Assembly: GCA_963738485.1 (NCBI GenBank)
Contig: CAVTWK010000002.1
Span: forward strand, 234,869-298,868
Reading direction: 5' to 3'
Origin: an uncultured Acidobacteriota bacterium
GTDB taxonomy: Bacteria > Acidobacteriota > Vicinamibacteria > Vicinamibacterales > SCN-69-37
DNA length: 64,000 nucleotides
A program made the position numbers and the translations under genes. This document shows positions 18,719-27,817 of this stretch, in pieces. The notes beneath the pieces are model-generated. The model did not search any database and was not told the DNA's origin. It saw only the letters and a list, made by a program, of their open reading frames with translations. How positions within the stretch are numbered: position 1 is the stretch's first letter; every line of letters starts with the position of its first letter.

Positions 18719-20183
18719 ATGTCCGCGAAGATTCTGATTCCCACGCCCCTCCGTGCCTTCACTGGTCAGCAGGCCTCGCTCGAACTCGACGGCAGCACGG
18801 TGGGCGAGTTGCTCGCGCAGCTGACGACGAAGCACGCCGAACTGAAGACGCATCTGTACGACGCCGACGGCAAGCTGCGGTCGTTCGTCAACGTCTACGT
18901 GAACGACGAGGACATCCGCTACACGGGCCGCGAGGCCACGCCGATCGCCGCGGGCGACACGGTCAGCATCGTGCCGTCGGTGGCCGGCGGGTCGCAGGCC
19001 GTGGCCGAGCCGCTGCCGACGCTCTCGAACGAGGAAGTCGCGCGCTTCAGCCGGCACCTGATCCTCCCCGAAGTCGGCATGGAAGGGCAGCGCAAGCTGA
19101 AGGCGGCGCGCGTGCTGTGTGTGGGCGCTGGCGGCCTCGGGTCGCCCGCCTCGCTCTATCTCGCGGCGGCCGGCATCGGCACGCTCGGCCTCGTGGACTT
19201 CGACAACGTCGATGCCAGCAACTTGCAGCGGCAGATTCTGTTCAGCACCAAGGATGTGGGCCGGCCCAAGGTCGAGGCGGCACGCGACCGGTTGCAGGGC
19301 CTCAATCCGAACCTGAAGGTCAACGTCCACGAGTTCCCGCTGACCTCCGCCAACGCGTTGGACCTCTTCAGGCAGTACGACGTCATCGTCGATGGCGCGG
19401 ACAACTTTCCCACGCGCTATCTGGTCAACGACGCCTGTGTCCTCACGGGCAAGCCAAACGCCTACGGCAGCATCTTCCGCTTCGACGGCCAGGCGTCGGT
19501 CTTCGCCACCAAGGACGGCCCGTGCTACCGCTGCCTCTATCCTGAACCGCCGCCGCCCGGACTCGTGCCGAGCTGCGCCGAAGGCGGTGTGCTGGGCGTG
19601 CTGCCCGGCGTGATCGGCACGATCCAGGCGACCGAGGCGATCAAGGTGATTCTGGGTGCGGGCGAACCGCTGATCGGCCGGCTGCTGCTGTTCGACGCGC
19701 TTCACATGACGTTCCGGACGCTGAAGTTGCGCCGCGATCCCGAGTGCCCGGTCTGCGGCGACCACCCGACGGTCACCAAGCTCATCGACTACGAGCAGTT
19801 CTGCGGACTGCCGGCCGCCACGCACGCCCCGCCGGCGGCGGCGCCCGGCGAGAGCGAGTTTGCGACGACCGTCGAGACGCTCAAGGCGCGGATCGATCGC
19901 GACGACACGATCTGGATTCTGGACGTCCGGGAGCCCAACGAGTTCGAGATCGTGCGCATCCCCGGCTCGACGCTGATTCCGCTCGGACAGCTGCCGCAGC
20001 GCCTGGCCGAAGTGCCGCAGGGCGCCGACGCGCCGGACATCATCGTCCACTGCAAGATGGGCGGGCGGAGCGCCAAGGCCGTGGACCTGCTGCGCGCGCA
20101 GGGCGTCACGCGCGTGAAGAACCTCACGGGCGGCATCCTGGCCTGGGTGGATCGCATCGAATCCCTCGCAGGCCCGGTACTGA
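18719..20183 (+). CDS. moeZ: CysO/MoaD/ThiS-like ubiquitin-fold sulfur carrier (91 aa, ending VAGG) fused in frame to a MoeZ/MoeB-type E1 adenylyltransferase with a C-terminal rhodanese domain; frame break at ~20160
   Basis: MSAKILIPTPLRAFTG...TVSIVPSVAGG is followed by SQAVAEPLPTLSNEEVARFSRHLILPEVG, GAGGLGS, CYRC/CPVC and the rhodanese loop HCKMGGRS. Removing one A at 20160/61 restores the canonical tail IDPSQARY* ending at 20183. Confidence 0.85.
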
Positions 20184-20226
20184 GCCCTGGCGTGACGCAG
20201 GCCGACCGAGCCGAGACTCCGACGAG

Positions 20227-20823
20227 ATGCACCTGTTCCCAGTCTTCCTCAAGCTGGCGGGACGGCAGGTCCTGATGGTGGGAGCCGGTCCCGTGGCTAC
20301 CAGCAAGCTACCCGGTCTGCTCGAGGCCGGGGCGCGTGTCCGCGTGGTGGCGCCGGAGATGACCGACGAGATCGCCAACGCCGGTCTCGAGCTGCATCGG
20401 CGTCCGTTTCGTGACGAGGACATCGAGGGGGCCTGGCTGGTCGTGGCGGCCGCCAGCCCCGAGGTGAATCTCGCCGTCGCTCGCGCCGCCGAGGCGCGGT
20501 GCATCTTCGTCAACGCGGTGGACGATCCCCAGCCGGCCAGTGCCTACCTTGGCGGCGTCGTCCGACGCGCCGGCGTGACGATCGCGATCTCGACCGATGG
20601 CCACGCGCCGGCGATCGCCGGCCTGCTGCGCGAAGGCCTCCACGCCCTGCTGCCCGACGACCTCGATCGATGGATGGACCAGGCGCGCCAGCTGCGTCGG
20701 CAGTGGAAGGCGACGGACGTGCCGATGGAGGCGCGCCGGCCGCAGCTGCTCGATGCGCTGATTCGCCTCTACGAGGATCGCGACCATCCGGGTCCTGCTT
20801 CCCCTGCCGCGGGGCCGCGATGA
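20227..20823 (+). CDS. precorrin-2 dehydrogenase / sirohydrochlorin ferrochelatase (siroheme synthase N-terminal type)
   Basis: MHLFPVFLKLAGRQVLMVGAGPVATSKL has a Rossmann motif, and ISTDGHAPAIAGLLRE is also present. Confidence 0.85.
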   Translation: MHLFPVFLKLAGRQVLMVGAGPVATSKLPGLLEAGARVRVVAPEMTDEIANAGLELHRRPFRDEDIEGAWLVVAAASPEVNLAVARAAEARCIFVNAVDDPQPASAYLGGVVRRAGVTIAISTDGHAPAIAGLLREGLHALLPDDLDRWMDQARQLRRQWKATDVPMEARRPQLLDALIRLYEDRDHPGPASPAAGPR

Positions 20824-21593
20824 TGGGATTCGTCTCGATCGTCGGCGCCGGACCTGGCGCCCCCGATCTGCTGACCGTCCGCGCGGCCCGACGACTCGAG
20901 GACGCCGACCTCGTGCTGCACGACGGTCTTGTGCCGATGGCGATCGTCGAGTTGGCGCGACAGGCGCGGCGCCTGCCCGTGTCCCGGCGCCCAGGGTCCA
21001 CGCGCGTGCAGCCCGCGGCCGCCGCGGGACTGATGATCGACGCGGCCCGCGCCGGCCAGAAGGTGGTGCGGCTGCGGGCGGGCGATCCGTTCATCCTGGC
21101 GCGCGGGGCCGAGGAGGCGCTCGAGCTGGTGGCCGCCGAGGTGCCGTTCGAGATCGTGCCTGGGCTGACCACGGCATCGGCGGCGCCGACCCTTGCCGGG
21201 ATGCCCCTCACGCATCGGGGTGTCGCCTCGGGCTTCCTCGTGATCTCAGGCCACGCCCCCGAGGCGTACGGCCCGACGCTTTCAGGACTGCCGGCGCACG
21301 GCGTGACGCTCGTCGTGCTGATGGGACTCGCCGAGCGCGGTCGCATCGCCGAGACCCTGCTCGCGCAGGGATGGCGGGCAGACACGTCGACGGTGGTGCT
21401 GCTCGCCTCGTCGCACCCGGAGGCGCGCACCCGCGCCGGCCGGCTGGATCAGTTGGGTCACGACGATGCCGAGATGTCGCCGGGAATCCCGGGCGTGATC
21501 GTCATCGGTGACGTCGTGGACGTGGGATTGAGGATCGCGGCGGCGATGACGTCGAGCGATCGGGTACTCGAGGAGACCGCATGGCAGCCGTAG
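20820..21593 (+). CDS. cobA: uroporphyrinogen-III C-methyltransferase
   Basis: VSIVGAGPGAPDLLTVRAARRLEDADLVLHD, RLRAGDPFILARGAEE, and VPGLTTASAAP. Confidence 0.9.
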   Translation: MMGFVSIVGAGPGAPDLLTVRAARRLEDADLVLHDGLVPMAIVELARQARRLPVSRRPGSTRVQPAAAAGLMIDAARAGQKVVRLRAGDPFILARGAEEALELVAAEVPFEIVPGLTTASAAPTLAGMPLTHRGVASGFLVISGHAPEAYGPTLSGLPAHGVTLVVLMGLAERGRIAETLLAQGWRADTSTVVLLASSHPEARTRAGRLDQLGHDDAEMSPGIPGVIVIGDVVDVGLRIAAAMTSSDRVLEETAWQP

Positions 21594-23416
21594 ACGATCC
21601 GAAGACGATGGGACGCGCCCGACTCTCGTTCGCGACCGAAGCCGAAGTGGACGAGTTCGCCGAGAAGCTGGTGCTGTTCGAGAACGGCGACATCGGCCCC
21701 GACGAGTGGCGGGCCTACCGGCTGTTGCGCGGGACCTACGGGCAGCGCCAGCCCGAAGCCGTGCATATGATTCGCGTCAAGATTCCCCAGGGTCTGCTGG
21801 TCGCCGACCAGCTCGACGCGCTCGCGGACGTGGCGGATCGGTATTCGCGCGGCTTCGGCCACATCACCACGCGTCAGAACCTGCAGTTCCATTTCGTCCC
21901 GCTGGCCTCGGTCGAGGACGCGATGCGCAGGCTCGCCGAGGCTGGCCTCACGACGCGTGAGGCGTGTGGCAACTCCGTGCGTAACATCACGTGCTGCCAG
22001 TACGCGGGGGTGGCGGCCGACGAGGCGTTCGACATCACGCCGTATTCGGAGGCGCTCACGCGCTACTTCCTGCGTCACCCGCTTGCCTCGTCGCTGCCGC
22101 GCAAGTTCAAGGTGGCCTTCGAAGGGTGCCCCGAGGACCACGCCAAGGCGGCGATCAACGACATCGGCTGGTTCGCGCGTGTCGTGGACGGCAAGCGCGG
22201 CTTCCGGGTCGTCATCGGCGGCGGCACCGCGATCATGTGCACGCCCGGCAAACCGCTGTTCGACTTCCTGCCCGTCGAGGAAATGTTCAACGTCGGCGAG
22301 GCGGTGCTGCGGGTGTTCCACGCACTGGGCGATTACAAGCACAAGGCCCGCAACCGGATGAAGTTCCTCATCAAGGCGATGGGCTGGGACAAGTGGCAGG
22401 ACACGTTCTTCGACACCTACGCCCATGTGCAGGCCGAGGGTGGAAAGCCGTTGCCGGCAGAGTTGCTGGCCCCGGTCGATGAGCCGGCGCCCGCGTGGAC
22501 CCGCCCCGTGCCGCCGTCGGCTGAGGAGGTCGCGCGCCGTGTGCTGGGCGCCGAGCTGCGTGGTCCCGGCATCCGGCCCGACACCAAGCCCGATCTGACG
22601 CCCACGACCGATGCCTACGCGCGATGGGCAAGGACCAACGTGCTGCTGCAGAAGCAGCCGGGTTTCGTGACCGCCATCGTCACCGTGCCGCTCGGCGATC
22701 TCACCGGCGCACAGATCCGGGTGCTCGCCGATCTGTCGCGGGCGTACGGCGACGGCGCGGTGCGCGTCACCGCGGTGCAGAACCTGATCATCCGCTGGGT
22801 GCCGGCCGACGAGACGCAGGAACTCTATCGACGCCTCGCGGCCGCGGGCCTCGGGCTTGGCGGGGCCGACACGGTCTCGGATGTGACGAGCTGCCCCGGC
22901 GCCGAGTCGTGCAAGCTGGCCGTGACGCAGTCCCGCGGGCTGGGCAAGACGCTCGAGCTTCACCTGCGCGAGGATTCGACGGTGAGTGACCGCGCGCCGC
23001 GCATCGACGTCAAGGTGAGCGGCTGCCCGAACGGGTGCGGACAACATCACATCGCGGGCATCGGATTCCAGGGCAGCCTGCGCAAGGTCGGCGATCAGCC
23101 GGTCCCCCAGTACTTCGTCATGGTCGGCGGCGGCGTCAGCAACGCCTCCGCCCGCTTCGGCAAGGTCATCGCCAAGGTTCCAGCGCGCCGTTGCACCACC
23201 GCGCTCGACCGCCTGCTCGCCCTCTATGCAGCGGAACGTCGTCCTGACGAATCAGGCGAAGCGTTCTTCCAGCGCGCCGAGATTCCGCGCCTCAAGGCAC
23301 TGCTCGCCGACCTCGAAGTCATGACGCCCGAGACGGCCACGCCCGACGACTTCATCGACCTGGCCGAGACGCACGCCTTCAAGCCAGAGACGATGGACGG
23401 GGAGTGCGCGACCTAA
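21581..23416 (+). CDS. sir: ferredoxin-type sulfite reductase (NirA/Sir family, siroheme-[4Fe-4S])
   Basis: RGTYGQRQ, HITTRQNLQFHFV, TCPGAESCKLAVTQS, and SGCPNGCGQHHIAGIGF. Confidence 0.9.
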   Translation: MAAVDDPKTMGRARLSFATEAEVDEFAEKLVLFENGDIGPDEWRAYRLLRGTYGQRQPEAVHMIRVKIPQGLLVADQLDALADVADRYSRGFGHITTRQNLQFHFVPLASVEDAMRRLAEAGLTTREACGNSVRNITCCQYAGVAADEAFDITPYSEALTRYFLRHPLASSLPRKFKVAFEGCPEDHAKAAINDIGWFARVVDGKRGFRVVIGGGTAIMCTPGKPLFDFLPVEEMFNVGEAVLRVFHALGDYKHKARNRMKFLIKAMGWDKWQDTFFDTYAHVQAEGGKPLPAELLAPVDEPAPAWTRPVPPSAEEVARRVLGAELRGPGIRPDTKPDLTPTTDAYARWARTNVLLQKQPGFVTAIVTVPLGDLTGAQIRVLADLSRAYGDGAVRVTAVQNLIIRWVPADETQELYRRLAAAGLGLGGADTVSDVTSCPGAESCKLAVTQSRGLGKTLELHLREDSTVSDRAPRIDVKVSGCPNGCGQHHIAGIGFQGSLRKVGDQPVPQYFVMVGGGVSNASARFGKVIAKVPARRCTTALDRLLALYAAERRPDESGEAFFQRAEIPRLKALLADLEVMTPETATPDDFIDLAETHAFKPETMDGECAT

Positions 23417-23545
23417 GGGACTGACGGTGAAGTCCCGGAACTTCGCTGCGCTTCGCAGAAGTCCCGGCACTGACGGTGAGGTCCCCGAGCGGACGCTCAG
23501 GTCCCGGAGCGGACGGTGAAGTCCGGGAACTGCGTCAGAGATCCG
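23416..23545 (-). repeat. modular repeat block sharing the GGTGAAGTCC / CCGGGACTTC modules with the 53.2-kb and 62.2-kb loci (reverse orientation here)
   Basis: GGTGAAGTCC at 23426 and 23515. GAAGTCCCGG at 23429 and 23459. CTTCGCTGCGCTTCGCAGAAGTCCCGG is the reverse complement of the CCGGGACTTCTGCTGAGCGAAGCGAAG type seen at 62.2 kb. Confidence 0.75.
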
Positions 23546-23644
23546 ACCGGCCACCCCGCGCGGGTCCTGTCCAGCCTTCGCGCTGCCGCGCTTCGGCCGG
23601 CCGGCCGCGAAGGGCTCCACGCGGTGCCGGTCGGCAACCGGCAC

Positions 23645-23684
23645 GGGGTCGTAACTCGCTCGCCGCGAGGCAGGTACGACCCCC
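23645..23684. repeat. REP-like hairpin GGGGTCGTA..CTCGCTCGCCGCGAG..GTACGACCCC (copy 1 of 2 in the window)
   Basis: Near-identical to 44274-44312. A separate hairpin, GTGCCGGTCGGCAACCGGCAC, precedes it. Confidence 0.8.
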
Positions 23685-24974
23685 TGTCGCGCGCGCCGCG
23701 TGGGGCGCCCCGTCGGTCAGCATCGCCTGCCGGGCCGCCTGCCTGACCGAGTAGTAGGCCGGCGGTTGACTGGTCGCCAGGTAGGTGTCGCGGCCACCCG
23801 CGCGGGTGCGGCTGTCGCGCTGACCGGAGTCCGCATCGCTCCCAGGAGCTACGCGCCGTGTACACGAGAAGATAGACGCTCTGGTCAGGCTCTCGTGAGC
23901 AGAGTCCCCCGCACGGTTAAGGAACCCGAGCGCGTTCTCGTCCAGATTGCCAGGCCTAGCGTCGTCTATTGAGTAGGAACCATGCTCGATCGCGCCCCGC
24001 TGTCGTAGTCCTGAACGGGAGGAGACCGTCGGCGTCGCTCGTAGCGATTCGCATGGCGGTGCCTTCAGTCAGACCGGCGCTTGAAATTCGGCAATCGTGA
24101 CAACCTTGACTTCCGGTGCCGCGACAATCAAGCACGCAAGTGCTGACAACATCCGTCTCTGTTGGATGCCGGCTGTGAGGTGAGATGGCTTCGCCTCAGG
24201 GCTCCTGAAACCGGAAGAGACGACCTCCCCGCACGCCATGCGGTTCTCTGTTATCGGCCCCGAAAGATCTCGTTCTCTGCCGCTCCGATGCGTATCGCTG
24301 CCCGAAGAAACCCCAGATCCTTCAAGAGGGCGGCGAACATGAAGAAGAGGCCAAAGCGAACATCCCAGCCGAGAGACCGGCTGCGACGGAGAGGCGAATC
24401 AGGTTTCTGGTTCCTTTGCTCATGGCGGCATAGTCTACCGCCAGCCACGGCGCTAGGCGGCCTTCTCTGATTCGACCAGCAGGGCGGCGGCCTTCTTGAG
24501 CGGCTATGCCATGTCTCGATGATCGTACGGTCAGGACCCGCCAGGCCTGCATGGCGAGAATCGCGGTATGCGAAGGGACCCACTACCGCCTTCTGGACGC
24601 CATTGCACCAGCGCGTGAGCCGCACGCGCGCCGGCGCAGCCGGGGTCGTCGAGCCGGCCAACTGGGAGTGGCCCGATGGGCGTCAGTCTGACCGCGCGCC
24701 GCAGGCAGCGAAGGGGTTCGAGCCCGAGGCCGTAGGCATCTTTGCTCTCGCAGCCGCGTAGGCCTCGGGCGATGGGTGAAGGATGAACCACGAGCGGACG
24801 GAGGTGCGCGGTCGAGGGCCAGCTCCCGGCGGCCGGTGCGACGGCCCCGGCAGTGCCGTCACGCCGACGGCGCAGGACGCGGAGCGGAGCGGCGAGGCTT
24901 TGCCCGCGCCTCGCGTTATGGTCTCCCCCTGATCCCCTGCAACCCGCGCGCACGCGCTCCCGTCTAAGGCCTGC

Positions 24975-27390
24975 ATGCTCCTGCAGGACGTCCGCTTCGC
25001 GCTGCGTTCCCTCCGCCGTAGTCCGGGTTTCGCCGCAGTCGCGCTGTTGTGCCTGGGGCTGGGCATCGGTGTGACGTCCACGATCTTCAGCATGATCGAC
25101 GGGATCATCCTGAAGCCCATGCCGTATGCGGACCCGGAACGGCTGGTCGTGCCCGTGGGCGTCAATCGGCCACAGGATATCGAGCGCTCGTCGATCTCCT
25201 ACCTCGACTTCACCGACTGGAGGGCGCAGGCGTCGTCCTTTGCCGGGATCGGCGGCGTTCAAGGCCGCAGTCTCACGGTCTCGGACGGATCCGGCGAGCC
25301 GCAGCGCTACCTCGGCGCCCTCGTCAGCTGGGACCTGTTTCCGCTGCTCGGCGTCGCACCGGTCCTCGGGAGTGGTTTCACGGCCGCGCACGACGAGCCG
25401 GGTGCAGAGCGCGTAGCCGTCCTCAGCCACGTGGTCTGGCGTGAGCGCTACCAGAGCGACCCGGGAATCATCGGGCGCAGTGTCCTGATCAATGCGGCGC
25501 CGACGGTCATCATCGGCGTCATGCCCAGGGACTTCGAGTTTCCGGGCACGCAGAAGCTCTGGCTGCCGCTGGGGCCGTTTGCCAACCGGACATCGCGCGA
25601 GGCGCGCACGGTCTCGATGTTCGCGCGGCTGGCGCCCGGCGCCAGCATCGACCGCGCGCGTGCCGAGCTATCGACGGTGGCCGGCATGCTCGCGCGTGAG
25701 CATGCCGCGACGAACGAGGACTGGAGCGCCTCGATCCTGACGCTCCGCGAGTGGTCCGTCCCCGACGACGTCACCCGCGTGCTGTGGCTGATGATGGCCG
25801 GCGTCACGCTGGTGCTCTTCATCGCGTGTTCGAACGTGGCCAACCTCCAGTTGGCGCGCGCCTCCGCGCGTCGTCGCGAGATCTCCGTGCGCGCCGCACT
25901 AGGCGCCGAGCGTCGGCGCATCATCACGCAGTTGCTGACCGAGAGCGTCGTGCTCTCCCTCCTGGCGGTGCCGGTCGGCATCGCGGTGGCCGAGGTGGGC
26001 ACGCGGCTCATCGCGTCGGCGATTCCGCGCGACCAAGTACCGAGCTACATCACGTGGGACGTGGACTATCGCTCGATCCTCTTCACGATGGCCATCGCGG
26101 TGACGACGGCGGTGGTCTTCGGCCTGTTTCCCGCGCTGCAAGCCTCACGTGGCGAACTGCACGGCGACCTGAAGGAAGGCACGCGCGGCAACAGCGTCCG
26201 CCGGTCGCTGCTGCGCAGTTCGCTGGTGGTCGCCCAGGTGTCCCTCGCGATCGTCGCGCTCGTTGGCGCCCTCCTCTTCGTCAAGACGTTCCAGAATCTC
26301 GACTGGTACCGAGGTCGGGTTCGACACGACGCCTTTGATGACCATGCGCTTCTCGATGGGCGGCGACGCCTACGAGCTGCCGGATGCGCGGGCCCGTCGC
26401 GTCGAGGACATCGTCGGGCGTGTCGAGCGGTTGCCGGGCGTGTCAGCGGCCTTCGCGTCCAATCTCGTCCCCATGGGCGGCGGCGGCGGAGGCGGCAACG
26501 TCGACGTCGAGGGCTTCCAGGTGGATCGGGGTCGCGAGCCGGGGATCTCGTTCACCGGCGTGACCCCCGGCTTCTACCGGACCATCGGCGTCAGCCTGGT
26601 GCGCGGTCGTGATTTCACCCTTGCCGAAGGCTGGTCCCGGTCGGGCCTGGCTGTCATCAACCAGACGATGGCCGACCGCTTCTGGAAGGATCGCGATCCG
26701 ATTGGCGGACGCTTCCGCATGGTGCGCGGCGACGCGGTCAACCAGTGGTTTACCGTGATCGGCGTGGCGCGCGACATCAAGCAGGACGACATCGACCCGG
26801 AGGACGAGCCGTTTCCCGCGGCCTATGTGCCCTACCTCTACCAGCAGACCCTCAACACGGGCCTGACGGTGCGGGTCGCCACGGGGGATCCCGCCGCGAT
26901 TACCTCAGCTGTCCGCAGCGAGCTTCGCGCATCGGACAGCAACATCCCGATGTTCCAGGTGGCGACGATGGAAGAGGTGCGCCGCCTCGGTTTCTGGCAG
27001 TTCGCGCTGTTCGGCTGGATCTTCGGCACAATCGGCAGCATCGCCCTCGTGCTGGCCGGCGTGGGCGTCTACGGCGTGCTGTCCTACGCGGTCGCCCAGC
27101 GCACACCGGAGATTGGCGTGCGGATGGCGCTCGGTGCCAGCCAGGCCAGCGTCCTGCGGCTGGTAGTGAGGCAGGGTGTGGGATTGGCGTCCATTGGCGT
27201 CGTGATCGGCCTGGTGCTTTCCGCCCTCGCGATGCCACAGGCGCAGTCGCTGCTCTACAACGTGAGCCCCTTCGATCCGTGGGTGTTCACGGAGGTCGCG
27301 CTGTTCCTGCTCGCCGTTGCGTTCCTCGCCAGCTTCATCCCCGCACGCCGCGCGACCAAGGTGGATCCGCTCACGGCGCTCAGGGGGTAG
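24975..27390 (+). CDS. ADOP-family (MacB-like, duplicated FtsX) ABC permease; frame break near 26300-26312
   Basis: N-terminus [42 protein letters not shown] 24975..26612 and ORF 26263..27390 join at ...FVKTFQNLD / EVGFDTTPLMTMRF. C-terminal FIPARRATKVDPLTALRG. Confidence 0.8.
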
Positions 27391-27817
27391 ATCAGGTCCG
27401 CCGGGTACGGCGGGTACGTCAGGTACAGGGGTGCGACGGGTACCAGGTACGGCGGGTACACCGGTACGGCGGGTACACCGGTGCGCCAGGTCCACCGGCG
27501 CATCAGGTACGCCGGGGCGGCGCGCCTGTGGCCTGCACGGCCACGATGCCGGGGCCGCATGACCTGGCGCACGGGACCCCGCCCCGGAGGCCCTGTTCGC
27601 GAGGCCCACTGGCTTCGAGGCCCCGGAGGACCTGCGGGACGCAGGAACCTGTCGACCCTGAGCACACGGCGCACGCAGTACCCCTCAGACCCTGGCACCC
27701 GTACCCCGGGACCCGTTGTACCCGGGGACCTGTCGTACCGGGGTACCTTTCGTACCCGGGTACCTGGTGCACCCCTGTACCTGCCGTACCCGTGGTACCC
27801 GGCGGACCTGATCTACC
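27386..27817. repeat. 432-bp imperfect palindrome built from GGGTAC/AGGTAC words (left half) and GTACCC/GTACCT words (right half), filling the gap between two convergent ADOP permease genes
   Basis: The outermost 23 bp are exact reverse complements (27386-27408 and 27795-27817) and include both stop codons. Confidence 0.9.

Noticed and set aside
24251-24340. IS5-family transposase C-terminal remnant (FFMFAALLKDLGFLRAAIRIG loosely resembles the ERFFxxLKxFRxIATRY motif).
   Set aside because: The resemblance is limited to a few residues. There is no DDE motif, no terminal inverted repeats and no upstream transposase body. It is too weak to call.
24700-24770. tRNA-like T-arm (GGGGTTCGAGCCC) and flanking GAGGCC/GGCCTC inverted repeat.
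   Set aside because: Neither strand folds into a cloverleaf. The T-stem would be only 3-4 bp, and no acceptor or anticodon arms could be built.
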